A stretch of 64,000 bases of DNA from an uncultured bacterium (GTDB taxonomy: Bacteria; Fidelibacterota; UBA2242; JAFGTP01). Positions 33,677 through 43,841 of the stretch are shown here, piece by piece. The DNA lies in the NCBI GenBank assembly GCA_964498725.1, contig CAZCHS010000004.1, forward strand, positions 26,876 through 90,875, read 5' to 3'. Under the pieces are notes generated by a model. The model had not been told where the DNA came from and ran no database searches. It saw only the letters and a program-made list of their open reading frames with translations. A program made the position numbers and the translations under genes. Position 1 is the stretch's first letter. The number at the start of each line of letters is the position of its first letter.

Positions 33677-34702
33677 TTATCTTTCCGGCAAAGAGTGTCT
33701 TTCCTTTACGGGATTTCGTGTCATAAGATCAAGAAGCGCTTTCCTGGGGTCTTTGTTTTTAAAGAGCACGGTATAAATTTGTTCCGAAATCGGCATTAAA
33801 ACATTGTGCTTTTTCATCATCTGATGAACAGTGTGAGCGGTATGGACACCTTCGGCAATCATGGACATTCCATCCAGTACTTCCTGCAATTTGCGTCCTT
33901 TGCCGATTTCTTCTCCCACATACCTGTTTCGACTGTGTTTACTGCTGCAGGTTACAATTAAATCGCCAACTCCGGATAATCCGGCAAAGGTTTCCTCCCG
34001 GGCCCCCAGTTCCATGCCCATTCGCGTAATTTCCATTAAACCACGGGTAATGAGCGCCGCTTTGGTATTATCGCCCAGTCCCATACCATCACAAATGCCG
34101 GATGCAATGGCAATGACATTTTTTATAGAGCCGCCGATTTCCACCCCAATAATATCACTATGAGAATATACTCGAAAATATTTGTTCATGAACAGGTTCT
34201 GAACATAATCAGCGGTTTCCGGATTTTCCGAAGCAGCTACGATGGCTGTCGGCACTTCCCGGGAAACTTCCTCGGCATGACTGGGCCCGTAAAGGGCGAC
34301 GATCTTATCTTTCGGATGATTCAGGACATCATGGATCACCTCACTCATTCTCAGTAAGGTATTTTCTTCTATCCCTTTGGTCAGGTTAACAAATACAACA
34401 CTCTGATTCACCTTTCCCTTCAATTTTAACAATAAATCCCTGACCGTATGCGATGGGACAACCAGACAAATTACCGTTGCGCCGGCAACGACTTCTTCAA
34501 GATCATGGGAAATAAGAATTTTTTCAGGTATGGGAATTCCCGGCAAAAGCGGATTCTTCCCGGTTTTATTCATCATATCTACATTTTCCTGATAATATTC
34601 CCATAGGCGCACCTGGTGTCCGATTTTGTTCAGATGAATGGCAATTGTGGTTCCCCAGCTTCCGGCGCCGAGTACGGCAATCTGTTCTTTTTTCCTGAAC
34701 AT
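33677..34702 (-). CDS. gpsA: NAD(P)H-dependent glycerol-3-phosphate dehydrogenase
   Basis: IAVLGAGSWGTTIA dinucleotide fold. The GLGDNTKAALITRG and SRNRYVGEEIGKG blocks are typical of GpsA. Confidence 0.9.
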   Translation of the reverse strand: MFRKKEQIAVLGAGSWGTTIAIHLNKIGHQVRLWEYYQENVDMMNKTGKNPLLPGIPIPEKILISHDLEEVVAGATVICLVVPSHTVRDLLLKLKGKVNQSVVFVNLTKGIEENTLLRMSEVIHDVLNHPKDKIVALYGPSHAEEVSREVPTAIVAASENPETADYVQNLFMNKYFRVYSHSDIIGVEIGGSIKNVIAIASGICDGMGLGDNTKAALITRGLMEITRMGMELGAREETFAGLSGVGDLIVTCSSKHSRNRYVGEEIGKGRKLQEVLDGMSMIAEGVHTAHTVHQMMKKHNVLMPISEQIYTVLFKNKDPRKALLDLMTRNPVKERHSLPER

Positions 34703-34704
34703 AC

Positions 34705-35697
34705 TTAAACAATCTCTCCAATAATTGCGGGTTCCTCGCCGGCGGCAGTTAACTTTTTCATGAAATCATCAACCTTGGCAGCGTCAACGACCAAAATCAA
34801 TCCAATGCCCAGGTTAAAAACACGGCCCATTTCATTATCAGATATTTTGCCCAGTTTTTGAATATATTTGAAGACCGGCAGCCATTCCCAGGCTTTCCAA
34901 TCCACGTATAAACTCATATTTTCTGGTACCACCCGTTTGGTGTTTCCAATGATACCGCCGCCGGTTACATGGCTAATGGCATGCAGCGCCGGGTCTTTTA
35001 AGAAGGGTTCAACCGGTTTGAGGTAAGAGCGATGAACCTGGAGCAGAGCGTCGGCTAATGTGGCGCCAATCTCTTCCACGAAATCATTGACATCATGCTT
35101 TTCAAACAAAACCGACCGGGCCAGAGAATAACCATTGGTATGCAGGCCGGAAGACTTTAGTCCGATCAGGACATCACTTTTCCGGACACGGTCAACAAGA
35201 ATATCCTGTTTATCAACAATACCGGTAATGGTGCCGACCAAATCATAATCATCAGTCTGATAAATGCCTGGCATCTCTGCGGTTTCGCCGCCGATCAGAG
35301 AACAATTATTCTCACGGCAGGCTTTTGTCAAACCGGCCACAATATCGTGAAATACCTCCTGATCAAGTTTGCCGGTACCGACATAATCAAGAAAATACAA
35401 GGGTTTTGCTCCGGTTGTCAGAATATCGTTGACACAGTGATTGACCAGACATTGGCCGACAGTATCATGCCGGTTTGCTTTATTGGCGACAATCAGTTTT
35501 GTACCCACACCGTCAGCACTGGAAACCAGTACCGGATTTTTATAATCTTTAAAATCAAATTCAAATAAGCCGCCGAAGCCGCCGATATTGGTCAACACGT
35601 TTTTCGAAAAGGTACCTTTCACCATTGACTTGATATTTTTAATCGCTTGTTCACCGGCATCAATATCAACACCGGCTTTTTTGTAGGATGATTCCAT
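34705..35697 (-). CDS. purM: phosphoribosylformylglycinamidine cyclo-ligase (AIR synthetase)
   Basis: SYKKAGVDIDAGE N-terminus. DGVGTKL and GGETAEMPG blocks. Confidence 0.9.
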   Translation of the reverse strand: MESSYKKAGVDIDAGEQAIKNIKSMVKGTFSKNVLTNIGGFGGLFEFDFKDYKNPVLVSSADGVGTKLIVANKANRHDTVGQCLVNHCVNDILTTGAKPLYFLDYVGTGKLDQEVFHDIVAGLTKACRENNCSLIGGETAEMPGIYQTDDYDLVGTITGIVDKQDILVDRVRKSDVLIGLKSSGLHTNGYSLARSVLFEKHDVNDFVEEIGATLADALLQVHRSYLKPVEPFLKDPALHAISHVTGGGIIGNTKRVVPENMSLYVDWKAWEWLPVFKYIQKLGKISDNEMGRVFNLGIGLILVVDAAKVDDFMKKLTAAGEEPAIIGEIV

Positions 35698-35703
35698 ATT
35701 TCT

Positions 35704-37518
35704 TTACTTTACTCCACCATAAATTTCATTAATTTCATTCTCATAATCTTTCATGATAACATTACGTTTGATCTTCAATGATGGCGTCAATTCTCCTTTT
35801 TCAATGGAAAACTCTTCCGGCAACAAACTGTATTTGCGGACTTTTTCAAATTGCGCAAATCCATCCAGTGACTCCAACACAACAGTATCATAGATCTTTT
35901 TGACTTCCGGAAGTTTAAGCAATTCTGCTGTGGAATTCCACTGTAAACCTTGTTTTTTTGCCCATTCTTCCAGTGTTGGTAGCGACGGCACGATCAGGGC
36001 GGAAATATATTTGCGTTTATCCCCAAGAATAATGGCCTGCTCTATCCATTTGGATGCCACTAAAATATTTTCCATCGGTTGCGGCGCAACATTTTTTCCA
36101 CCGGCAGTTACAATAATATTGCGTTTACGGTCTGTGATCTTGATATATCCGTCTTCATCAATTTCTCCAATGTCGCCGGTATGAAACCATCCGTCACGAT
36201 CGAATAACTCCCGGGTGGCGGCTTCTTCTTTATAATATCCTTTCATAATGTTGTCACCACGGATGATAATCTCTCCGTCATGGGCAATATCAACCTCGAC
36301 ACCGTCAATAGGCGGGCCAACGGTTCCAATTTTGTTTCTTTCAAGCCGATTAACCGAAATTACAGGAGAAGTCTCTGTCAGGCCATAGCCTTCCAGAATG
36401 GTGACACCAATCGCATTGAAAAATTCACCGATTTCAGCCGGTAATGGCGCTCCGCCGGAAACAAAATAGCGCAGCTTCCCTCCCACCTGTTGTTTAATTT
36501 TGGAATAGACAAGTTTATCGGCATTGGCGCGTTGCATATTTAATAACGGGCCGATCTTTTTGCCTTTGGCAGCTTTACGGACACATTTTTTCCCCACATT
36601 AACAGCCCACCAGAAAACCTTTTTCTTCATAAAGGATTCGTTGGATATGGAGGACAAAATTTTCCCGTATATTTTTTCATACAATCGTGGCACAGAGACC
36701 ATTAAGGTGGGTTTTACCTCTCTGATATTATCGGCTACTTTTAACAAATTTTCCGCATAAAAAATCTTGGCCCCGTAAAAAGTGGGCAAAAAATGACCGG
36801 CAGTTCGCTCAAAACTATGACTTAAGGGCAAAAAGGATAAAAAAGAATCCCTCTCTGATAAATCCAGGGCTTTGACCGACGCGACCACATTGCTGCAAAT
36901 ATTTTTGTGGGTCAGCATCACCCCTTTAGGCTCACCGGTGGTACCGCTGGTGTAAATCAATGTTGCGACATCGTCGGGCTTAATTTTCATATATTCATCT
37001 TCGAATTTGGTTGGGTTTTCCTTTTCAAATTCTTTTCCTTTTTTCAATAATTCATCCAGGGTAATGAATTTCGGATGATCAATGTCACTGTTATCCAGCA
37101 TGATCACCTTTTTTACAATATGCAGGTGATCGATTATTGACAGAACCTTATCGGCTAATTTCCGTGTGCCGCATACCAAATATTTAGATTCCGAATGCAT
37201 GGTAATCCATTTCATTTGCTTGGGAGTCAGCGTCGGATAGATAGTTGATAAAATACCGCGGCTAAAAATAGTTCCGTAATCAAAAAGCGCCCACCAGATA
37301 CTGTTATCAGCAATAATACCAACGTGGTCACCCTGCTCAAATCCTAGGGAATACAATCCATTACTAATATTTTTTACATAATTCCAGGCATCATTAAAAC
37401 TGATATGAACCCATTTCTTGTTACTTTTATATCCGTAGATATCTTTATCAGCATATTTGTCAACGGCATTTTTAAACATTCCTGTGATCGTATTAAAATT
37501 GAATTCACTCATTTTCAC
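35704..37518 (-). CDS. long-chain fatty acid--CoA ligase (AMP-forming, FadD-like)
   Basis: YTSGTTGEPKGVMLTHKN AMP-binding motif. GYGLTETS and GWFHTGDIG blocks. Confidence 0.85.
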   Translation of the reverse strand: MKMSEFNFNTITGMFKNAVDKYADKDIYGYKSNKKWVHISFNDAWNYVKNISNGLYSLGFEQGDHVGIIADNSIWWALFDYGTIFSRGILSTIYPTLTPKQMKWITMHSESKYLVCGTRKLADKVLSIIDHLHIVKKVIMLDNSDIDHPKFITLDELLKKGKEFEKENPTKFEDEYMKIKPDDVATLIYTSGTTGEPKGVMLTHKNICSNVVASVKALDLSERDSFLSFLPLSHSFERTAGHFLPTFYGAKIFYAENLLKVADNIREVKPTLMVSVPRLYEKIYGKILSSISNESFMKKKVFWWAVNVGKKCVRKAAKGKKIGPLLNMQRANADKLVYSKIKQQVGGKLRYFVSGGAPLPAEIGEFFNAIGVTILEGYGLTETSPVISVNRLERNKIGTVGPPIDGVEVDIAHDGEIIIRGDNIMKGYYKEEAATRELFDRDGWFHTGDIGEIDEDGYIKITDRKRNIIVTAGGKNVAPQPMENILVASKWIEQAIILGDKRKYISALIVPSLPTLEEWAKKQGLQWNSTAELLKLPEVKKIYDTVVLESLDGFAQFEKVRKYSLLPEEFSIEKGELTPSLKIKRNVIMKDYENEINEIYGGVK

Positions 37519-37590
37519 CCCTTTTAAAAATATTTATTTTTCATTTGATTTTTATTCCAGATTATTTAATTTACCGGCGTTCTTTTTAAG

Positions 37591-37674
37591 GCCGAAGTGG
37601 TGGAATTGGTAGACGCAACGGATTCAAAATCCGTCGAGCTTATGCTTGTGGGGGTTCGACTCCCCCCTTCGGCA
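37591..37674 (+). tRNA. tRNA-Leu (anticodon CAA), type II with long variable arm, CCA not encoded
   Basis: Folded by hand. Acceptor GCCGAAG/CTTCGGC. Anticodon stem ACGGA/TCCGT with loop TTCAAAA. T-arm GGGGG-TTCGACT-CCCCC. Long variable arm. Discriminator A followed by CTA. Confidence 0.85.
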
Positions 37675-37690
37675 CTACCCAATAAAAAAA

Positions 37691-37724
37691 GCCTTGTAAA
37701 TACTGGATTTGCAAGGCTTTTTTT
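37691..37724 (+). terminator. terminator after tRNA-Leu
   Basis: GCCTTGTAAAT / ATTTGCAAGGC stem followed by TTTTTTT. Confidence 0.7.
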
Positions 37725-38003
37725 GTAAAAATTAGTTCGAACTGAAAGATCGTTATCATTGGTATTGAGTTTTATATTTTGATATGAATTATTCATAAGC
37801 TCTAATTTAACGGTCAAACCCTGATTTGAAAACAATTTTTTGCTTGACACGTTTTAATAATAACGGATAAGTTAACAAATATTTAATATTTCAATGTCCG
37901 GATTTTTTATCTCCGGCAATAATATCTTTAAAAATATTGAAAAAATTATAGATTGTAAAATCAGTATTAACAGCAACCAGGCATTAAAATAACAAAAGAT
38001 TTT

Positions 38004-39359
38004 TTAATGATTATCTATCCTTTTTATCATCCGTTGTGCTTTATCCCATTCCTCATCTGCAGTGGGATATAATTTTTTTACTTTTTGCAATTCCGATATG
38101 GCCTTTTCATTCCTTCCCATTTCTTTATAACAACATCCAACCCGGTATTGTGAATAAGCTTCCTTGTTTCCGTCACCCAGACCGAATACGCGATTGTACA
38201 GTTTGATTGCTTGTGAATACTCTTTATTCACATATAAAATCTCTGCTTCCCACCATTGCGCGTTATCAGCCAATGCATGCTTTGGATACTTTTCATAAAT
38301 GGTCTTAAAAATTGTTTTAGCCTCATTGAATTTTTTGTCATAAAAATAATTCAGGCCGCTTTTATATGACTGCTCGACAGTTTTTGGCGACAGTGACAAA
38401 TCTTTGTCCTTTTTCTTCAAGGCATACAGCAATGACATTCCTCTGGGGATATCCGCCAGTGTTAAGGATACCCGGCGATTTAACTGGTTTTTCAGTTTAT
38501 TGTCTTGTGGCGCCAGAAAATCTCCCACCCCCATATTCATAATGAAAATTCTTGTGGCCATTTTTTTCTGTTCATCAGCAGGAACAAGGTCCAGCAACAG
38601 TTGGCCGACAGTTTCACACCGTTTCCTGGAAATTTGAGTGTTGATTTCAGGAGACCCGGTAGGATCGGTATAGCCCCGTAAATTCAGATAAATTTTATCA
38701 TTCTGTTGTAAGGCTTTGATCGCTTTTGCCAGGGTTATCACATAATTTTTATTGAAGTTTTTGCTTGGCGTTTTATATTGCCCCAAATCAAAATATATAT
38801 CATCAAAATACATGTTCAATTCCTGATAATCATTCCGAAATTGCTCATCTCCCTTTGCAACAGTATCTTGAGAAGATTTTCCCTGGGTAATATGTATTTT
38901 CTGCTGACATTGAACAGGGGATTTATCCGGATCATACATGATTTCCGCCTTAATGATTTTGTTTCCGGTCCCAATATTTTTTTTCACATAATCAGCACTA
39001 TATTTGATTGTATATACTTTATCTGATTTGGACCCTTTTTTAACTGTTTTCCAATTCCCTGTATTATCCTGCCAGGAAATTGAAATATCAGCTGTTCCCT
39101 CGCCAATAATTACCAGCAACAGTTCATTTTTGGACTTTAGTTTAAAAGTATCAGCAGGCACAAGAGAAAATTTAAACTCAGGAATATCGGATTTCTGAGA
39201 AATTTTTTCAGCAGCGTTGGTCTGAACAGCTTTTTTTGACTCAGGTTGCTGCTTACGTTGATCTTCAATGACCTTTTCAGGCGGGTCTTCTTTCACAACC
39301 TGTTTGCTACTGCTGCAACCTATTAAAAATACAATGAATAGAATAAAATATTTCTTCAT
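38004..39359 (-). CDS. lipoprotein with OmpA-like peptidoglycan-binding region and C-terminal TPR (YbgF-like) repeats
   Basis: Lipobox (FLIGCSS). LRGYTDPTGSPEINTQISRKRCETV is an OmpA_C-like block. The C-terminal FNEAKTIFKTIYEKYPKHALADNAQWW...YSQAIKLY...AYSQYRVGCCY resemble TPR repeats. Confidence 0.6.
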   Translation of the reverse strand: MKKYFILFIVFLIGCSSSKQVVKEDPPEKVIEDQRKQQPESKKAVQTNAAEKISQKSDIPEFKFSLVPADTFKLKSKNELLLVIIGEGTADISISWQDNTGNWKTVKKGSKSDKVYTIKYSADYVKKNIGTGNKIIKAEIMYDPDKSPVQCQQKIHITQGKSSQDTVAKGDEQFRNDYQELNMYFDDIYFDLGQYKTPSKNFNKNYVITLAKAIKALQQNDKIYLNLRGYTDPTGSPEINTQISRKRCETVGQLLLDLVPADEQKKMATRIFIMNMGVGDFLAPQDNKLKNQLNRRVSLTLADIPRGMSLLYALKKKDKDLSLSPKTVEQSYKSGLNYFYDKKFNEAKTIFKTIYEKYPKHALADNAQWWEAEILYVNKEYSQAIKLYNRVFGLGDGNKEAYSQYRVGCCYKEMGRNEKAISELQKVKKLYPTADEEWDKAQRMIKRIDNH

Positions 39360-39429
39360 ATCTACCTCAATTATCCAATTTCCCCAATTACTGATAATAT
39401 TATAGATTTATTCGAAATTTCAAAAGCAT

Positions 39430-39465
39430 AAAAAAAAATCATCCGAAAAACGGATGATTTTTTCA
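39430..39465. terminator. bidirectional hairpin terminator
   Basis: ATCATCCG / CGGATGAT stem flanked by an A-run and a T-run. Confidence 0.65.
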
Positions 39466-39491
39466 AATTTATTATTGATTATTGATCTGAA

Positions 39492-40004
39492 TTAATCTTC
39501 TTCCTGAGGTTTATCCATTTTGGATTCCTCAAGTTTTTCCACCTGGTCTTCAATATTATTAAGGTTTCTGTTCAATCTGCGCAGAATCTGTTTCAGATCG
39601 AGAATTTCATTGTTTGTTTCTCTTCTGACACTGGAAAGTTTGTCTGAAGTCTCCTGCAGTTGAGTTTTTAGTCCGGTTAATTCCTCATTTGTACTGGACT
39701 TGAATTCTTCAAGAGAAAAATTTACATCATCAATTTTTGTGGCCAATTCCTGTTTGGTGTTATCAAGCTTTCTATTTAAATCTGCCACTGAATTTTGGAA
39801 TTCCTGGATGTGTTTTCCACGGCCGGTAAATTTTAATTCAAGATCGTGAAGCGCATGGTCAAAAGATTCAACCTGAATGGATTGTAATGAATCCTGGCTA
39901 TTCAGCACAGTCATACGTTCGTTCACAGTACCAAATTTGTATGCAAAAAATATTGATACTCCGATCAAAATAACAATTGCAATAGTTTTAATTACTTCTT
40001 TCAT
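39492..40004 (-). CDS. membrane-anchored coiled-coil protein, unknown function
   Basis: One N-terminal TM segment, then heptad-rich sequence. No recognised domain. Confidence 0.5.
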   Translation of the reverse strand: MKEVIKTIAIVILIGVSIFFAYKFGTVNERMTVLNSQDSLQSIQVESFDHALHDLELKFTGRGKHIQEFQNSVADLNRKLDNTKQELATKIDDVNFSLEEFKSSTNEELTGLKTQLQETSDKLSSVRRETNNEILDLKQILRRLNRNLNNIEDQVEKLEESKMDKPQEED

Positions 40005-40198
40005 TTAATAGCTCCCATTATTTTTTATTTAAACTCTTCCGGATGTGACTGTATCGGCCGACATCCCCTCCTTTTTTCTTTTTATGCTAAATTTTCAAAA
40101 TCAAATAACGATATAGAATTTACAAATCTATAATTAATTTTCAATACTTTTCTTTAAAAAAATAGATATTGACCAACCCAAAATCCATTATTCAATTA

Positions 40199-41197
40199 TC
40201 AAAGCTTGATATTAATTTTTTGTCCGCATTTACAACGCGGTTGTTTTAAATTATTTTTCACGACAGTGAAGATCTGCCTCTCAATCAATAACTCACCGCA
40301 ATTGGGACAATAAGTATTATCATACTTTGTTGTCATTACATTGCCCTCATATACATAAAGAAATCCTTTGTCAAGAGCAATCTGTCGAATATTATCCAGG
40401 GCTTGTTTTGACGTTCTGGGTACATTCAGCATTTTATAAGCCGGATGAAATGCCGAAAAATGAAGAGGAACTTCCGGACCAACATGATCGTAGAGCCAGT
40501 CCAGCAGATCAGTTACATTATTCTCTGAGTCATTGTATCCGGATACAATTAAATTTGTGATTTCCAGAAAAACATCCATTTTTGCCAGCTCCTGAATGGT
40601 TCGCAATACCGGTTCCATCTCAGCGTGACAAATATCTGAATAAAAATTTCCGCTACTACTCTTGAGATCAATGTTAGCAGCGTCAATTAAAGAATATATT
40701 TCCCGTAAGGGTTCAGGGTTTATATAACCATTGGAAACTATTACAGTTTTCAGGTCTTGCGCTCTTGCAATTTCTGCGATATCGATTATATATTCGCCAA
40801 AAACCGTTGGCTCATTATAGGTAAAGGCTATTGATTCACATTCATTATTAACAGCCAGGTCTACCACCTCGGCAGGAGCCAGATATTCACGGTCTTTTCG
40901 AACATAATTTTGCCGGGCAATCTGATAGTTCTGACAAAACTGGCATTCCAGATTGCACCCAATGGTACCGATAGAAAAAACCCTGGAACCGGGATAAAAA
41001 TGAAATAATGGTTTTTTTTCGATGGGATCGATATTGAGGGCGCTGGGATAGCCGTACACAAGAGTGTGTAATTTACCCTTCTTATTCTGGCGCGTTTGAC
41101 AAAATCCCTTTTTATCTTCTGCAATGATACAATTTCTCGGACACAATTGACATTGAACGCGATTATCTTCTTGTGCCTGCCACCATTTTGCTAACAT
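40199..41197 (-). CDS. AmmeMemoRadiSam system radical SAM enzyme
   Basis: CQLCPRNCIIAEDKKGFCQTRQN..GKLHTLVYG....NIDPIEKKPLFHFYPGS..FSIGTIGCNLECQFCQN is the N-terminal pattern and CxxxCxxC cluster typical of this family. Confidence 0.8.
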   Translation of the reverse strand: MLAKWWQAQEDNRVQCQLCPRNCIIAEDKKGFCQTRQNKKGKLHTLVYGYPSALNIDPIEKKPLFHFYPGSRVFSIGTIGCNLECQFCQNYQIARQNYVRKDREYLAPAEVVDLAVNNECESIAFTYNEPTVFGEYIIDIAEIARAQDLKTVIVSNGYINPEPLREIYSLIDAANIDLKSSSGNFYSDICHAEMEPVLRTIQELAKMDVFLEITNLIVSGYNDSENNVTDLLDWLYDHVGPEVPLHFSAFHPAYKMLNVPRTSKQALDNIRQIALDKGFLYVYEGNVMTTKYDNTYCPNCGELLIERQIFTVVKNNLKQPRCKCGQKINIKL

Positions 41198-41298
41198 AGT
41201 TTTTTTATCCTATTAAAAGGTTAAAGTAAAACAGCATTAGAAAACTACAAATATGCGATCCGATTGTCAATAGGGTTTTATTATTAGGCGAAAAAAAT

Positions 41299-41324
41299 AG
41301 GGTGAGAATTGAAATTCCCACCCT
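41299..41324 (-). terminator. hairpin terminator downstream of the LysM gene
   Basis: AGGGTG..CACCCT stem preceded on the + strand by an A-run. Confidence 0.5.
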
Positions 41325-41348
41325 GATATGATGACTGATTACAATCTA

Positions 41349-41906
41349 TTAGTTGTAGAGTTTTGTTCTTAATTTTAAGACGGTACCGGGAGTAATATTA
41401 TCCAGATCAGATCCTAATTTTGTTGCGTTATCCCGTAAAATAACAATCCATGCATAATTGTTGTCGTATTTTTTACCGGCAATTGACCAGAGTGTTTCAT
41501 TTGTTTTCACGGTGTAATCATAGTATTCGTACTTCAAAGGATTGGCGTTTTCCTTCTCCTTTTTTAACAAAAATTCATGATAAGGGAAAATAAGATTTGG
41601 ATTGTTACCGATCTTTTTCTTATTCCACTTATAAATCAGTTTCCATTTGGATTTGTCGCCATATTCGTTTTTGGCGATTTTTGACAACCAATCATTGGGT
41701 TTGACCATGTAAAAGATTTCAATGGTGTCTTCTTCCGTAACTGCAGTAAGAGCATCTTCTACTTTTTCTTCCTTCTGTTCCACTGGTTCCTTTTTTTCAA
41801 CCTGTTGTTCTTTCTGCACGGGTTCTTCTTTGACAGCTTCCTTTGCACAAGATACAAAAAGAATCACTGAAATACTCATTACCAACAATATGCGAAATCT
41901 GTTCAT
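41349..41906 (-). CDS. lipoprotein with two LysM-like domains
   Basis: Lipobox (LFVSCAK). YMVKPNDWLSKIAKNEYGD and YTVKTNETLWSIAGKKYDN resemble LysM repeats. Confidence 0.65.
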   Translation of the reverse strand: MNRFRILLVMSISVILFVSCAKEAVKEEPVQKEQQVEKKEPVEQKEEKVEDALTAVTEEDTIEIFYMVKPNDWLSKIAKNEYGDKSKWKLIYKWNKKKIGNNPNLIFPYHEFLLKKEKENANPLKYEYYDYTVKTNETLWSIAGKKYDNNYAWIVILRDNATKLGSDLDNITPGTVLKLRTKLYN

Positions 41907-42140
41907 TTTTTACTCCTCTGTGTTAATTTCCTTTTATCTTTAATCTTACTAAAAATTGCAAAAAAAATCAAAATAGTCAAGCTTAAATATTATTATTTGT
42001 TATCAGACTTAATTTCTTAGTAATTTTTTAATTTTATTCATTGAAAATTTTTTAAAAATTATTAATTAATTTATTATAAATTATAGGCTAATTAAAAATT
42101 ATTTTATTCAATTTTCAAAAAGAGTTAAATTTCCAAAATT

Positions 42141-43043
42141 TTACATAAAAAATACAGCAACTCCTAAGATTGCCACAATTGCTCCGAAAATTTCTTTCCA
42201 ATGAATTTTTTCATGCTTAAATGTAATCGCAAACAAGGTAATTACCAAAGGAGAAAGTGCAATTAATGTAGAAGCTATCCCGACTTTGGCGTTTTGTACG
42301 GCCAGCAGACTTAGGGAAATCCCCAAAAAAGGGCCCATAAAAGATCCGGCGGCTATGTTGGAAATTGCTTGCCTGTCTTTAAAGGCGATAAAAATTCTCC
42401 GCCAATTATTCCGGAATATAAAGATAATCGTAAAACCGAAAACTCCGGCCAGCAACCGGATTTGTGTGGCTGCGAAAGCATTGTAATCCTGTACACCAAA
42501 TTTACTGAGAATTAATCCCGATGCCTGCCCAATCGTACCGCCTAATGCCAGTAAAACACCCAAAACCGGGTGACTGAAGCGCACCTGCCGGCGTTCAGTG
42601 TCTCTTTCCAGAATAACTATTGAAATTCCGGTTATGGAAATCATCATGCCACCGATCTCCAGCATCGTCATGCTTTCATGCAGAAAAATCCAACTAAGAA
42701 TCGCGGAAACCGGTGGAACCAGCGACATTATCAACATTGAAATGCGGGCTCCCAGTACGACAAAAGCTTCAAACAATAACAGATCGCCCAGGACAACGCC
42801 AATTATTCCCGATAAAAAAAGCCAAAACCAAATGTGCCCGCTGGCATCAAAAGGGAGTATCATGCCCCTTGTTATCAACGTAAAAATACTAAGAAAAAAC
42901 AACCCCAAAAAAAGCCTTAAATAATTAACCGCCAGCGAGCCGACCTTTTTGCCGGCATTTTCAAAAAAAATCGCATTGAAGGCCCAGCAAAAGGCTGTGG
43001 CAAGTGCGGCTAATTCCCCTAAATAATTATTGATAAAATCCAT
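42141..43043 (-). CDS. EamA-family (DMT) transporter
   Basis: Ten hydrophobic segments arranged as two EamA-like halves. Confidence 0.7.
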   Translation of the reverse strand: MDFINNYLGELAALATAFCWAFNAIFFENAGKKVGSLAVNYLRLFLGLFFLSIFTLITRGMILPFDASGHIWFWLFLSGIIGVVLGDLLLFEAFVVLGARISMLIMSLVPPVSAILSWIFLHESMTMLEIGGMMISITGISIVILERDTERRQVRFSHPVLGVLLALGGTIGQASGLILSKFGVQDYNAFAATQIRLLAGVFGFTIIFIFRNNWRRIFIAFKDRQAISNIAAGSFMGPFLGISLSLLAVQNAKVGIASTLIALSPLVITLFAITFKHEKIHWKEIFGAIVAILGVAVFFM

Positions 43044-43061
43044 AATTTTCCTGTTTTAAAG

Positions 43062-43841
43062 TTATAAATTTCTGATTTCTTCGGGCAATATTCCGAGCAT
43101 CGACTTGTCAAAGATAAATTTATGATTATTGATCGTGATTGAGGAAACGGGCGTCACACCATTCATAGAATTTGTAATAAAACAGCTGTCAAATCCCGAA
43201 ACATCTTCAATATTAATAAAATCCTCAATAACCGTTGTCTGCTTGTGTATAATGAGTGCCTTTCTGACAATACCGGGTAAAATTGGCAACCGCTGATCCG
43301 GTGTATAAATTTTCCCATCTTTTATAAAGTGAATATTTGAGGTTGTGAGTTCCAGCAGATGACCGGCGCGGTCATAAAATAAATAATCATCAAAAAGAGA
43401 GTCATCAAGCAACCCTTTGTTATAGATATTTTCAAAATAATTCATGGTTTTAAACCGGTACAATGGATTATCACCACGATTCGTTTGTTTTGCCAACAAG
43501 TCCGGAGCGTTTTTTCTGATAGTGAGTTTTTGTGGCATGATGAGATATTTCATTTGATCATCAGTGTCCAGATAGATCATAATTTTTATGCGGGATTCTT
43601 GTAACTGATTTACTTCCATTAACTTTCTTAAAACTTTCGGAATGTCACATTTTTTTATCTGAAATTTAAAATAAGAGGCTGATTTATTCAGCCTTTCCAG
43701 ATGTTCCTTCAGGAAATGGAATTTATTCTCACTGTATTTCATTGTGGTAAAGAAGCCCATGCCATACTGAAAACCGGGAGCGCTAATCGGAATATATACT
43801 TTTTCCTGCTCAATGTATTTGTTATCATGATACACTATCAT
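43062..43841 (-). CDS. pabC: aminodeoxychorismate lyase (class IV aminotransferase fold)
   Basis: Fold-type IV pattern including the RFKTMNYFENI lysine block. 4-nt overlap with pabB. Confidence 0.65.
   Translation of the reverse strand: MIVYHDNKYIEQEKVYIPISAPGFQYGMGFFTTMKYSENKFHFLKEHLERLNKSASYFKFQIKKCDIPKVLRKLMEVNQLQESRIKIMIYLDTDDQMKYLIMPQKLTIRKNAPDLLAKQTNRGDNPLYRFKTMNYFENIYNKGLLDDSLFDDYLFYDRAGHLLELTTSNIHFIKDGKIYTPDQRLPILPGIVRKALIIHKQTTVIEDFINIEDVSGFDSCFITNSMNGVTPVSSITINNHKFIFDKSMLGILPEEIRNL

Noticed and set aside
37566-37850. ORF of 94 aa on the minus strand.
   Set aside because: It is antisense to the tRNA-Leu gene and its terminator, so it is an artefact.
37843-37875. TTGACA-N17-ATAAGT, a sigma70-like promoter on the + strand downstream of the tRNA.
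   Set aside because: There is no + strand gene or conserved element downstream. AT-rich spacers generate such matches readily, and FCB-type promoters may not follow this consensus.
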